NCBI RefSeq assembly: GCF_964204645.1
Contig: NC_134028.1
Location: forward strand, 13,833,653 to 13,897,652
DNA length: 64,000 bases
Direction: 5' to 3'
Source of the DNA: Tubulanus polymorphus
Lineage: Eukaryota; Animalia; Nemertea
Under the pieces are notes generated by a model, which ran no database searches, was not told the origin of the DNA, and was given only the letters and a program-made list of their open reading frames with translations. Shown here piece after piece: positions 50,438-64,000 of the stretch; the first letter of the stretch is position 1, and the number at the start of each line of letters is the position of its first letter. The translations under genes and the position numbers were made by a program.

Positions 50438-51658
50438 AGAATATTAGATTTTAAATAAAAAGTATTAAAAATTACATATCTTCAACTAGCTAGAATTAGT
50501 TATTGTTTTTTAATATTTTCTTTTCAAAAAAGAATACTTTATATCACAAATAAAAAATACTAAAAAAACAATAACTAATACTAAAATTATTTACCTTTAA
50601 CTAAGCTAGTATTAATCTAGAGAGATACTGGTATCATTTTATAATACTTATAATATTTTTCTTATTAAATTTCTCTAATATAAATGTCAAAGAAATCGAG
50701 TAAGAATAGTATTGATATTGAAAAAACATTAGATGATTTAGGTATTAGTGATAATAAGGATATTCCAACCAAAATAATATTCAAGTTAATTGCAATATAG
50801 ATTATGAATACTACTTATATTGTAAACACCATCTTGAATTACTAATTGCTAGTGGTAAATGTAATCAGTTTATCGGGAAAATAATAACTTTTCAAGAATT
50901 AGACTCTATGAAACCCGATAAAGTAATAAAATATTTAAAGATTTATGAAGAAGCTAGATTAGCTAGAATAAACGACTCTATAAGTGATGGTATTATAAAA
51001 TGTTACTCTAAGTTATGTAACCAGTTAATACCAATTGATGATGAAAATAAGTTATATAGTGATTTGAAAAATGACTACTTAGTTATGACTGAATTACAAA
51101 AATGGGTCGGATATGCTTCATTTCAATTAGGATCGGTTATGACATTAATTTCTACTGGCGTCATAACATTTTCGAATATCAAACCTATGGAATATAAATC
51201 AGGTAAGAACGAAACAAATGATGCTGTACTACAACCAAACGGCGAAACAGAAAATGAATCAGAACAAAAATTAACTAAAATAAATGAGTGATGGCGTTAA
51301 GAAAAAGGTTAGATCTGAAAAACAAATTAAATGGGCAAGAGAATTAGGTAAAAGATCTTCAGAATTAAAAAAAGCTAAGAAAAAGAAATTAACTGATATA
51401 AATGAATCACAGACTTTATCTGATATTGATTCAAATAATAATCCATCTAATTCTTCTAATGCTGGAAGTAATTATAAATTATATATTACAATTGGATTAG
51501 TAACAGTTATTATATTATCCGGTGTAATATATAAATCAAAATTCAAATCTGATGATAAAGATGATTCCAATGATAATGCACCTATCATACCAGAAAATAA
51601 GTCAAATCATAAAGCCATTTAAACTAAATCTAAATTATTATTAATGGATTAAAAGAAG

Positions 51659-52750
51659 ATGAAAAAAGAACAATATTTAAGAGAGTTATATTACAACCCA
51701 GAAAGTGAAGTATCATATTCTAACATTTCAGAATTATGGAATAAAATTAAATCTGATAATGAAAATGGTAATATAAAATATAGTGAACTAAGATTATAGT
51801 TACAAAATCAACCAACATATCAAATCCACAAGAAAATGGATAAAACTTATTTAACAAGAAAAGTTATGGTTTCATATATCGATCAACAATGGCAAGCTGA
51901 TTTAATTGACATGAAGAACTTAGAAGAATACAACAAAGGATATTTCTGGATACTGAATGTTATAGATATATTCAGTAGATACGCATGGTCAATTCCAATC
52001 AAAAATAAAACTGGTAGAGAAGTAACAAGTGCTTTTAAATCAATATTTAAAGAAGCTATTCCAGATAAGATACAATTTGATGAAGGTAAGGAATTTTATA
52101 ACAAACATTTCAAAAAACTATTATCTGATAACGATGTAGATTATTTTTCAACACACTCAGATAAAAAAGCATCTATTATAGAAAGATTCAATAAAACATT
52201 GAAAACTAGAATGTGGAAATATTTTACTGCTAATGAAACATATAAATATATCGATGTATTAGATGATTTAGTGAAAGGTTATAATAATTCTAAACATAGT
52301 TCTATAAATATGAAACCTATACAAGCTAGAAAAGAAGATAATTCGGAAATAGTTTGGAATAATTTATATGGTGCTTTTGTTACACATGATTTCGGAGAAC
52401 CTAAATTTAAAATAGGACAACACGTTAGAATATCTAAATATAGAAAAACATTTTATAAAGGTTATACCCCAAATTTTACAGAAGAAATATTCAAGATTAA
52501 AAAGATAATATTAACTAAACCTTTTGTTTATAAACTAGAAGATCTAAAAGATGAAGAAATATTAGGTTATGTCTATGAACAAGAATTATCACTTGTACCA
52601 AACCCAGATGAAATAGAATACAAAATAGAAAAAGTATTGAAAACAAAAACTCTTAAAGGAAAAAAGTATTCTTTGGTGAAATATAAAGGATATGATGATG
52701 AATTTAATGAATGGATTTTATCTAGTAAAATTAAAAGAATGAATGAATAA
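51659..52750 (+). pseudogene. RVE (DDE) integrase with C-terminal chromodomain
   Basis: WQADLIDM, IQFDEGKEF, IIERFNKTLK; chromodomain YKIEKVL..YSLVKYKGYDDEFNEWI; one in-frame TAG near 51797. Confidence 0.94.
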
Positions 52751-53339
52751 AGATTTATTTATATTTGAATCGCATAATATGTTAGTTACTGGTGTAACCA
52801 ATTGTGGTAAAACACATTTCTTATTAGATTTATTAGAAACTATTTATAAGAATCATTTTGATAATATAATATTATTCTGTCCCACTTATGAAATGAATAA
52901 AACATATAATAGGGATATAGTTAAAATAAAAAAGTTTATTATATTAAATCCTAAAACAGTAAAAGAAAATTTAGATAATTGTATAAAAATAGCAATTGAT
53001 ACTTATAAAGGATCAAATACATTATTCATTATAGATGATTGTGCAAATTTACATGATTCGAAAGTGAGTTATGTTACTTAGCTTTCTCTGGGAGACATTT
53101 CGGGATAACAACATGGGTTTTAAATCAAAAATATTCATTCAATTGTTAAAGACTTTAGGGAGAATATAAGATTTCTAGTTTTATTTTATAACAAAGATAA
53201 AAAATCTATGCAACAATCATTAGAAGACAATCAAATTATACCTACTGAATTACATGATGAATATATGAATAAATTAAAGAATAATAAAGGTTCAAAATTA
53301 TTACTGAGACTACAATTTTCCTATGAATATAAATTCATA
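52743..53339 (+). pseudogene. A32-like packaging ATPase
   Basis: GVTNCGKT and FIIDD; small deletion near 53065 shifts the frame. Confidence 0.9.
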
Positions 53340-53766
53340 AAATAACTATTTATATACCTATATATTAGATACCCTATTAGTTACCTATGTATTAGATACC
53401 CTATTAGATACCCTAATACCTGATACCCTATTAGATACCTTAAATACTTAAAACCCCCTTTTTTAAAATAAATATTATTTATACAATTTTCAACCAATTT
53501 ATTTTTATTTTTTCAACTAATATATGAATAAGTTTGAAAATAATAAAGGTTATTTATTATTACTGAGGTTTCAATTTCCATATGAATATCAGTTTATAAA
53601 ATAAGATATGTTGTGTATTAGATTGTATTAGATTGTATTAGATATGTATTAGATATGTATTAGATACCTTAAATACCTTAAATACTTAAAACCCCCTTTT
53701 TTATTTACTATTATTTTATACAATTTTCAACTAATATTATTATTTGAGTTAAATATAATTAATATA

Positions 53767-54700
53767 TTAATCACTTTCATCATCACTCTCCAATTCACTA
53801 TCAGGCCCTAACAATTTATTCAAATGCTCTACCGAATCTACATCAATAGTTGTTTTATTTTTATACTTATTCTTCACCCTTTTTACCGCATCATCAATAG
53901 TTGTTTCATTGTTATGCTTATTCATCCAATCAAATTTATCATTATTTTCTACTTTATGTTTCATAGAATCTTTATTATCAATATCTGTAACTATATTTTC
54001 ATTATCATCTTTCTTAGTGTTTGCTCCTAATATTTCATTTACAGTGTTTGATCCTAATATTTTATTAGCATCGGTTAAATCTAATTCATCTTTATTAGGT
54101 GTTGCTAATAATAAATCTTCATATAATTCTTTACCATTTACTTTTTTATTTGAAACAAACTTTGTAACATATTTAAATGGGTGTTCTATAAATTCTCTTA
54201 AACCAACACGTTCTATTACATTAGTAATATGTACCTTTGTATTCATATGTTTATTCCAATTTGATGGGGCGTTTGAAAATTCACCTTTACGATAATCACA
54301 ATAATTTCTATTTTCACTAATATTTAATATTATTTCATTATTTGATGTAGAAGGTATTACATTATTAGATGTAGAAGGTATTACATTATTAGATGTAGAA
54401 GGTATTGCATTATTAGATGTAGAATGTATTACATTATTAGATGTAGAAGGTATTACATTATTAGATGTAGAAGGTGTTACATTATTAGATGTAGAAGGTA
54501 TTACATTATTATCAATTACATTACTTAAATTATCAACAACACCACTTTTATTATTATCGATTTCTATTAGTTTAGTTTTATAAATTTTGAAAGTAGGATC
54601 AAATATCAAAGCTATATTACAAGGTATTACATAATATAAACCATCATTATTTTCATGTGTATCGATGTATGGAATATGTTTATATACTTTACCTCCTTCA
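53767..54700 (-). CDS. Zinc-finger-like acidic protein with VIPSTSNN repeats
   Basis: ORF 53767-54609; 24-bp coding repeat at ~54340-54510. Confidence 0.6.
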
Positions 54701-54734
54701 ATTTATTATATAAATGTTTATTAAAGTTAAAATT

Positions 54735-55979
54735 TTAATACATAACACTATTTAATTGAGAATTTACAATATTTAATTGCGCGTCAGATATAATATAAAT
54801 GTGCATTTTAAAATTTTTGATTCCTTTATTCTTTGTCATGAATAATTGTATTCCATCTTTAGTGTTCTGTAATTTTTTTCCAGAACCATGTAATGAATTA
54901 TCCTCTGTTGTTCTAAAATCTAACCATAATGCATATTTATTACCGGTATAATAATCAATTTGATTAATATTACAATTTTCAGATGATTTTACTTTTTCAT
55001 TCATAAAATGTTTTCTAATTTCTGGCCATTGATCTATCATTCTCATTCCTTGACAAAATATTTTATTTGCTATTCCTTCGATAGTTATTTCTACTTTTGT
55101 TATTTCAGGATTATAATAATTATCAACATTTATTGCGCCATTAGTATATGTTGCAATTGTAAAAAATATTAATATACCTTTAATAGATCTTCTTGGGAAG
55201 TTAATATTCTCATTAATAATTTCATCATTTGCATTAATAGTTACAGTTCTAAATTTATCAATATAATCATATAATAATGAAAATCCTTGATTGTATTTAG
55301 TTTGAATTATACTTGAAATATTTTCATCAGTTACTGTATCATATTCTAAACATATATTCGTTAATTTATAACCCATATCTTTATTAACGCTAGATATTAC
55401 AATTTCATTAACAGGAGCAAATGTTATTTCGAATATAACATCTTCTTAAATTGCGTATTTATATAAAGGTGTATTATTTATCAATTCAAAGTCTAATGGA
55501 ATTTTATATTTGCTTCCATATATACTTTTTATCAATTTATCTATAGAATTAGTTAATATTGCATTATGTGCTTCTGATCTTAATTCATTTTGGTTTTCTG
55601 ATTGGATGCCTTGAAATATCATATTATTTCTATTTTCTTTAGTTAACCATAAATCTTTATAATGCATAAATAAATTATAATCATCTAATGAGAAAACTGT
55701 TTCTGGACCAATCTTTATAGTTAATTTTTTAATCAAATATCTTCCAACATTATCAACAACATAATTATTATTATTACCGGTTACTTTTATATCGGCTGAT
55801 AAATAAATACTATTTGGAACATAAAAAGTATTTTGTGTTAATCGAGGAATTCTAACATATAAAGTTTCATCGGGATTAATATTTGAAGGGTTATGAGTAA
55901 TTATATGATGAGATCTTTCTGCTTTAATAGCATTAGATATTCTATGATTCTTAGAAGGATTGATATAACTCCCACTCAT
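54735..55979 (-). pseudogene. Major capsid protein (double jelly-roll expected), ~414 codons
   Basis: ORFs 55446-55979 and 54735-55376 are in the same frame, split by one TAA where copy C has CAA. Size, beta-rich pattern and context fit a Polinton MCP; fold is inferred. Confidence 0.75.
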
Positions 55980-55999
55980 TTATTTTACAAAAAAATTAA

Positions 56000-58900
56000 T
56001 TATCTATTTTTTATCATGTTTACTAACCCAAAAATAATTGCACTTACAACTGTAATTAAAAATAAAATAATATGTTCAGCAGCAAAGTTAATAATGTTTC
56101 CTGCAGATTTCAATATAAAACCAACAATTGATGCAATAACTCCTGGCAATGCTGCAGCAGATTTTTTAGATAGTTCCCATAAATATTTTGCTAATTTCTT
56201 TAAACCATTCTTAACTTTATCTTGTATAGAATTATTATCTGGGGGCTTATCCGGTTTATTGGGAGTAGGAGTAGATTTTAAAGCATTTGATATTGCTAAA
56301 CCTATTGTTGTAAATAATTGTTATTCCTTCAAACTTAAATAATAATTTTCTATCTTTTAATGATATGTCAGAATTTGGTTTTAGTATTAACTCTTAAACA
56401 ACAACTTTTAATCTATTAATACAATAATTATATGATTTTAATAATAATTTCATTTTTTCTTTCTGAAATTCTATGTTATATTCTAAATCATCAATTTCTT
56501 TTTCTAAATATGCATTTTTTTTTTTAAATTCAATTTCTTCAATAACTTTAAATTCTCTATCTAATCTTAATCGTTCTAATTCTTTTCTGGTGTCAAATAA
56601 TTTATTTTCTAAAGGTTAAATTTTATTATATCTAATATGTTTTTCGCGCGCAATTTTATCAGCTTGATCTCGTACACTTATTATTTCTTTAATTGTTTTT
56701 TTTAGAAAACATACTTAAAGCTTCTATTTCGTGATCTATTGCATCAAGTAATCCCTTCGGTAAAAGTTTTTCAGTTTGAACTTCAGTGTTTGATTTAGGT
56801 TTACTAGTTTTGGAAGTTATATTCTGTACAGAAGTTGTTTCTGTTTCTGAATTTTTATTGATTATTTTTAATCATCAATTCTTTCACTAAATTCTGTTAT
56901 ATTATCATCTCCTTCTTCTTGTGTAGCATCAGTTATTTCATTACTATTACTTATTCTCTTAATTCTAAATGTTTCTAAATTTTTCAAAGTTGATTCCGCT
57001 AATATTTTATTTAGTCTTGTTCTTTGATTAGTGATATCAATATAATAATCACCATCCAAATGATAATAATATTTACCTTTAAAAAGTTTTAAATTTTCTA
57101 CTAAAAGTTCAGCATCTCTATCATTTATATTATACCCAGATCTTTCAAATACAGGTTTGAATTTATAAATATATTCATTAAATTCTAAATTTTTCTTTAA
57201 TAAACCTGGATTTTAATTTTCAGTATCTATTCTCGATTTAGCTCCTCTAATATATTCATCTGTTGATGGGGCTTTATGACCACTATCTGCTAAATTAGAA
57301 TTATATGCTGATTCATTATCATCATCAATATTAGTTTCATTAAAATCAGGTTGTGGTTCATTAAAATTTAAAATATAATATTCCTCCGATTACTATTCCT
57401 ATACAAGTTATAGCTAATTTAGTATTTTCATGGGATTTATTATCATCATTTAGTTTAATTATTTCATGTTGAATATTATCAGTTTTTATATTTTCCGATG
57501 TATTGTAATCTTTTATTTTAGAATCATTATTTAATTTAATATTCTCAGTTTTAGTATCTGTTGATTGAATATGTTTTTTATTTTTTTTCACCTTCCATTA
57601 ATTTTGGAGCAGTAATAATCTTTTTATTTATATCATTTAATCCAAATGAATTATTTATTGTTGCAGTTTTAATTAGATTATTATAATCAATTATATTTCC
57701 CATCTTTAATACTAAATCATTAGAAATAATTAATAGATTAGGGCCTATACAATAATTTAATCTAATATGTGATTTATCTAAATAATTTTGATATCTTACA
57801 ATGTTTTCTGGAATAGATCTATTTTTATCATTATGAATGGAATCTTCAAATAATACTTTGAATTGTTTCTGTGTATCAAATGAAGTGTTATCATTTCCAA
57901 CTATTGGTGATCTTGTTTCAACTTGCGAACCTAAAATACATATCAAATAAGTTCTAATTGATTGATTTATTCTTTGTATACCTGATTTTGTAAAACCTTC
58001 ACCATTTTCTAAAATGAAATTAACCCAACCATTATTATTATCAATTTTATAATTATGATAAGCTCCAATTCTATGCATATAATCAATTCTTTTTATTTCA
58101 TACTCTTCACCAACACCTTGCAATTTACCATGCGCTCTAAAATCGGAATTAATATTTATGTTAAATTCATTAGATATTTTATAAAACTTAGATAGATTAA
58201 TATTATTATCCAATTCTTTAAAATATTTACATCCGGGTAAAGGACATTCTAATTCATTTAATATTATTCTGATTTAAAAATATGTGTGAAATCTAAATAT
58301 TGTGTGAATTAATTTTAAATCAGAATACTTCAAATTTTTATCTAAGTTATTTAAATGATCATTCCAACTTATACCACAACCTGTTGTTGCACAATAAACA
58401 GCAAAATTTAATTGATTCTGCCAATATTTCATATTAGATTTTACTTTATATATATATGATATTCATCTCGAGTAAAAGTAACTTCATATGTATTAAATAT
58501 ATTTTCCATTTTAGAAATAAAAAACTGTGATTCAGTAACATAAATTTCTAAATTAGTTAATGAATTTAAAACTACATTTTTATATGTAATATTTTTTTTT
58601 AAATCTATTGCAGGAATATTATATTTAATTGATTTATTATATTGGAAAGCTTTTGGAAACCCCATTTATATAATTAAAAAATTAATAATTAACTAATTCT
58701 TTTAATAATTTATCATGTTCTTCAACTGTTATATGGCCATTTAAACTTATTATATAATCTAGTGTATTCTTTAATATATTAATTTCTTTTATACTAGTTT
58801 TAATTTTTTCTTTATTACTTTTTATATTTAATTTTGAACTTATACCAATTAAAACACTTGAACTTAATCCTAACACACCAATTGATATAGCTAAAGGTGT

Positions 58901-60148
58901 TAATGGGAGGAATATTGCTAGAAATGTTATTACAGAACTAATCGTAACCGAACCACTTATAATCAAATAGCATATAATTTTACTTTTTAAATATTTTTTC
59001 TTTTTAAATCACTTTCAAATTCTAATATTTGTTTTTCTAAATATATTTTTAATTTAGTTTTATTTATATCATGAGGAATAATATCAATATTATCATCCAT
59101 TTATTTAGCAAAAAAATTACTAATTAGTAAACTTATAAGCAACAAATATAACAATAACTGTTCCGCCTAAAATCCATATTATTTCATATTTCTGTTGTTC
59201 TTTACTTGGGGTATAATAATCTGATATTGTAGGTTTATGTAGATGTAATTTTTCTGTATTGGTTACTGCGTTATATAAACTCATTGCGTCATCAACTGAT
59301 TGAAAATCTCTATGTGAAGTCTTCTGATCATATAATTCTTTATTGATGTAATCCATATAGTTTTGTCTTTTTTCTCTATATTCTTCTGCTGCTTTATTAT
59401 ATTTCTCTAATGCTAAGTTATGCCTTTTTTGTTCTGTTAATGATCCATTTTTATCAATATGTTTAAATAAATAACCGCCACCAGTAAATGCTAAAGCTTT
59501 AACAATTGCCGATCCTATAATAGTTTTAATTGCAGAAGCCATTTATTTAGTAAAATAATTACGCATTTATATGGGAGGAATATTATATTTTTGTTTTTCT
59601 AAATAATCAATAGTTAAATTAGATAAAGTAACTGCTAATGTTAATTTTAAAATATCATTTATATCAAATCTATCAACATTAACACTTCCCATTTTGAATA
59701 CTTTTTTTAATACCATTGAATAACCAACAGTTCCAACTGATAGTAATGCTCCATTATATAATCCAGTTATTATCCACTTATTATCACTCATTTATTTATC
59801 AAACAAATTACTAATTATATTCAAAATATTTAGTTATCTTATTTATGATTAATTCAACATTTATTTCATTACTAGTTTCATTTGTATATATTTCAATTAT
59901 TATTTTTTTAATATCATCGATGATAAAATCTTCATCTAATTCATAAAATCTTTAAGATTCTCTGCTTAAATTAGTAATCTTTTCTACATTTAAAGTTTCT
60001 TTATCTATTGTTGTTTCATACTCAAATGTTGTTTCATTAGAAAATGCAATATTTTTAATATGTGTAATTACATCATTAATGTTAAATTTCATTTCTTTCT
60101 CACGTTTAAAATCAAACCCAAAACATATACTCAAACAGTTATATTCAT
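56000..60148 (-). pseudogene. ORF3-ORF8 block, copy E (ORF4 59567-59791 and ORF5 59120-59542 intact)
   Basis: Collinear with 20849-25092; several hydrophobic segments. Confidence 0.78.
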
Positions 60149-60164
60149 TTATATAATGAAAAAG

Positions 60165-60918
60165 TTACTCTCTACATCTTATAACTAATTCATATATCAC
60201 AGGAAAGTTATTTAAATCAATTAAATATCCATTATGATTTCTTACTTCTAACTTAAAAATTAAATTTAGGAATGCAAGGTTTAAAATCACATTCTGTTAA
60301 ATCATAATTTATTTGAGTTCCAAATTGTTTAACATTTTTTAGGGGTAAAATATTTAGTATACTAGAACTACAAATTGTTTCTTTAGTTGCTTCGAAAGTT
60401 TTTGTAGGCTCGATTAAATTGCAATAAATATAAAAGTGTGTAAAAGGTATTATATTTGAGCTGCCTTTTGCGTTTCCAGTAACTATGAGCGGTTTAATTC
60501 CTAACATTTTAGCCAGTGGTTTGTTTATCATAAATTTATGTTGTTCATTAGATATCTTTATTCTAATTTTATTAGTACAATCAATTTTATTAAATTTAAC
60601 TTCAAATACAGAAGTGCCCCCGATTTTCAACCGAGCTCTTCTATTAATTTCCTGCGCTAATGATTCTAAATTATATAATCCTGGTTTTAAGAATATATGA
60701 AACCATTTATCGTTATTTCTCATATAAATCATAAACCCTCTATTTTCAAAAGTTTTATCCGATATATTATAAAAAGAATTAAATAAACTTATATTAACTA
60801 ATTTTAAATCAACACAATTCTTGAATTCTCTATCTAATTGTACTAGTAAATTATGTGATTTATAATTTGTAAGTCTTCTAGAATCAACAAATATTCAGTA
60901 TTCTTTTAATTCTACCAT
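60165..60918 (-). pseudogene. Minor capsid (penton-like) protein, copy E
   Basis: ORF 60253-60732 with FTHFYIYCNLIEP..SSILNILP; frameshifts near both ends. Confidence 0.62.
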
Positions 60919-60935
60919 TTATTTTACATATTTTC

Positions 60936-61289
60936 TTATTCGAAATCTATTTCATGGTGCCCTTTTTCATTCTTACCTTTGTATACGAAATAGAAATCTC
61001 CAGAACATAATTCTTCTAGGTCTTCACTTGATAATCTATGAAATCTATCTGGTAAATATGTTCTGAATTTATATGTATTTCCTTTTAATCCTTCATATTC
61101 TAAGTGTATAACTAATTTATCTCCATATTCATCAGTAACTGTATCAATATTTGTAATTAGATATTTCTTATGGATTATTAATTCTTTTAACTTCTTAAAT
61201 TTATAATCTACTGATTTGACATTTGAAGTATCTTTTATTCTATCTAAAAATAATTTGTTGTTCTCACTGTGCGCTTGTTTACTCTCCAT
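60936..61289 (-). CDS. Polinton ORF1, intact (117 aa, unknown function)
   Basis: TAAATG start; homologues in B, C (twice) and D. Confidence 0.75.
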   Translation of the reverse strand: MESKQAHSENNKLFLDRIKDTSNVKSVDYKFKKLKELIIHKKYLITNIDTVTDEYGDKLVIHLEYEGLKGNTYKFRTYLPDRFHRLSSEDLEELCSGDFYFVYKGKNEKGHHEIDFE

Positions 61290-61318
61290 TTATAATACAT
61301 ATTTTTATTAAAATTTGA

Positions 61319-64000
61319 TTAACACGTTAGAGTTCTTTTCATTATTCCGTTCTCTTTTGTTTCTTCTCTTTTAAATCTTAAGTATTCATCTAAATTGCAA
61401 CCATAAGCAACTGTTTGAATTCCATCATCTAAAATATATCTTGTATCATCAAATGGGTTTAGACTTATCTTTTCAATTTCTTCAATAAACATTTCTTGAT
61501 CTTCAGATCTTAAACATCTCATCTTATGTTTTCTAACTTCTTCATTGAATATACAATTGATGTAATCTTTGAAATGAATATTCTTTTCTACTACACTTTT
61601 GGTTATTCCTTTTAACTTTTTAGCTTCATGTTCTTTAGTTTTATATGAATACATTTTAGATCTAATTCCTATGAATTCAATCATTTCTTCACCACCTAAT
61701 TCATCTTTGAATTTACCGGGAATTTTTTTATTATCATTGCTAAACAATTCATGATCTTTAGGATAATTACTGAAATCAAAATGATGTTTTAATGTTTTTA
61801 AATCATCTGTTACGTTATTAGTTTTCATCTTTAATATGTAACTGTCAGTATCAAAATATAATATTTCTATATGTTTTTCTCCAAAAAGTGGTTGTAATAC
61901 ATTATAATAGAATTCATACATTAGTAATTTTGATAATTCTAAAACTGAAGCACCAACATAGATTTCATTGATGTTCTTCTCATTTTAACTGCAGCTAAAT
62001 TTTCATCAAATATTCTGTTACCTAAAAACTTAGGATATGATTGTAAATGCCTTATCCTTTTGCCATTACTTACTAACTCAATATCATTTCTGTTTCTAAT
62101 ATTTTCACCAGTCTTACCATAGAATGCATTGTTCATTAGTTTGAAGAAATCTTTCTCAAAATAAGTTTTAGCTTCAGTTCTCTGTTTGGTGTTAAAATCT
62201 ATATATTTTTCTAACCACTTAGATTGACTGAATGAAATATAACTATGTACTTTTTTAGGATCATTCCTTGTTTTTAAATAAAACTTTAACATTCTATAAT
62301 GTACTACATAATTATATTTATCTTCTTGAGTTACCATTAACTTTTCTGTATGAATATGATTTTCGGGTTTAATTCTTTTTTGATAATTTGATAATTCTTC
62401 ATGAGTTACAGTTTTATGTTCTGGACAGTATGCTAGATTTCTAGATTTAAATTTAATATGTTCAGGATATTCTAAATCTACAACAAAGAAGTAACCAGTA
62501 TCTGAATCATCTGCAATATCTAGGATTCTTTTCTTCCAATCAAATTTATCATTATTTTCATGTTGTGAAACTTCAGTTATTTCAAATACTCCATAAGGTT
62601 GTGGTTCCATCATTGCCCAACCATACAAATTATTTGTATCTATATATAATAACTTATATCCGGGGTTATCATTTACATTGAAATATCTATCACCTAATAC
62701 ACCTGAAACTCCTCCTCTTATAGATTTTTCAAATAATAATAATTGATCTATATTTGTTAACAAATCCATTTTTATATCTGTAAATTTTAATCCACAATCC
62801 CATGTTAATCCTGGACTTGAATAACAATGACAAGGATCAATATTAAAATATTTTAGGTTTACATCTCTAAACCTTTCAAATATATCGGTTAATAATAATA
62901 CATCTGATTTTAGATATGAATCTACTAATTGCCCATGATTTTCTATTTTGAAATGATTCCAAATATTCAATGTTCTATTATAGACTTCATCTTTAACATA
63001 TTCATTTTTTAATTCATCATAGAATTGTTCTTTCAATAATTCAGTTATGTTTAAATCATCATGATTTTTATAGAAAGAATATGGAATTGCGCCTTTATAT
63101 CTCATTAATTGGAAATCATCATTATTTGGGTAGTGTTGCTTTAATATTTTTAATTCATCATCAACTAATGATTTTGATAAGTTATCTAATGGACTATTTA
63201 AAAATCTATATGATTCTATAAATCTTAGGCAACCAAATTGGAATGATATATAATTCTCAGATGTTCTAGCTAACATTTTAAATTTATAAGTTGGTATTTT
63301 ATCCTTTGATCTATTTGAATTTAATCTTTCTATTTCATTATTAATTTCTTCTATTTTATGACATAACTGTTTGATGAATAAATGTGCATCATATCCTGAT
63401 AGATTATGAAATATAACTGGTACAAAGTTAATTTTCTTAGCTTGTAAGTTACAATTCTCATGTGCAGCACCTCTAAACTTTCCATTCAAATGATCATGGT
63501 CTCTTACTTTTTTATCTTTGAAATTAAATATCTTTTCACAATAATAACATTTATCTGCAAACTCAAATGCTTCTTTATCTTCTTCTGTCATTATAATTTC
63601 TATATTTTTATTTAACTTTTCATTAAATCTTATTTCATATTCAATTAATAAGTCACAAAAATGATTGATAACATTTTCATTTCTATAATGATAATATTCA
63701 CTTTTAATTAGTTCTGGATAATCAGATTTAATATATAATCCAAAAGCAGCAGCTGATTGATGAATCTTTTTAATAGTATTTGTTATTGGTGGTTCTTTTG
63801 AAAAATCAATTTCATTAGAATTTAATTTCTTTCTTTTATAATATATTTCTTTTCTATCTTGATCAGTTAATTCTTTATTTAATGATTCAAAATCTCCATA
63901 TATTACAAATGGAACTTTATTTTTGAAATCATATTTTTTGAATTCTAATATTTTATCCTTTTCATTTGGTAAAACTAATTTACAATAATCATGATTTTCT
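61319..64000 (-). pseudogene. pPolB, copy E
   Basis: 550-aa and 200-aa ORFs split by a short deletion near 61962; KLMNNAFYGK, YFDTDS, EndoVII-like domain. Confidence 0.95.

Larger units (their letters stand above)
49007..64000. mobile_element. Polinton/Maverick copy E (best preserved, runs off window)
   Basis: HNH, two ORFs, integrase and ATPase on +; pPolB, ORF1, minor capsid, ORF3-8, MCP and ZnF ORF on -. Attachment of the 49007 end is inferred. Confidence 0.9.

Noticed and set aside
61919-61970. Programmed frameshift or naturally split pPolB
   Set aside because: Copies B and C have the intervening FNKPIY codons, so copy E carries a simple deletion.
1-64000. Free viral genome or prokaryotic contig; alternative genetic code
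   Set aside because: Nested retrotransposons, spliced host exons and copy-specific stops and frameshifts indicate decaying chromosomal insertions under the standard code.

Overview
AT-rich eukaryotic DNA, probably from an invertebrate animal: it carries a DUOX-like spliced gene fragment with short introns. Almost the whole window is a nested, decaying cluster of one Polinton/Maverick (adintovirus-like) lineage. There are five copies: A 1-2636, B ~2637-11772, C 12895-37929 (both ends plus a 6-bp TSD), D ~40412-47896 (divergent) and E ~49007-64000+. Together they encode protein-primed PolB, an RVE integrase with chromodomain, a packaging ATPase, major and minor capsid proteins, an HNH nuclease and several membrane proteins. 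Copy C sits inside a DIRS retrotransposon. A BEL/Pao retrotransposon sits inside the minor capsid gene of C, and a 3.2-kb non-autonomous mini-Polinton with its own 6-bp TSD sits inside the BEL element. A piggyBac-type MITE and two Helentron-like non-autonomous elements are also present. Most notable: (1) an intein N-terminal region inserted at the PolB catalytic motif YFD|TDS in copy D, with empty alleles in the same window; (2) element termini that are themselves long imperfect hairpins with element-specific covarying arms, a conserved loop and a conserved mismatch; (3) a poxvirus-late-promoter-like TAAATG at most gene starts; (4) a mobilised mini-element; (5) gene-order permutation and a swapped variable loop between copies. 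All calls come from reading motifs by eye; no searches were run.
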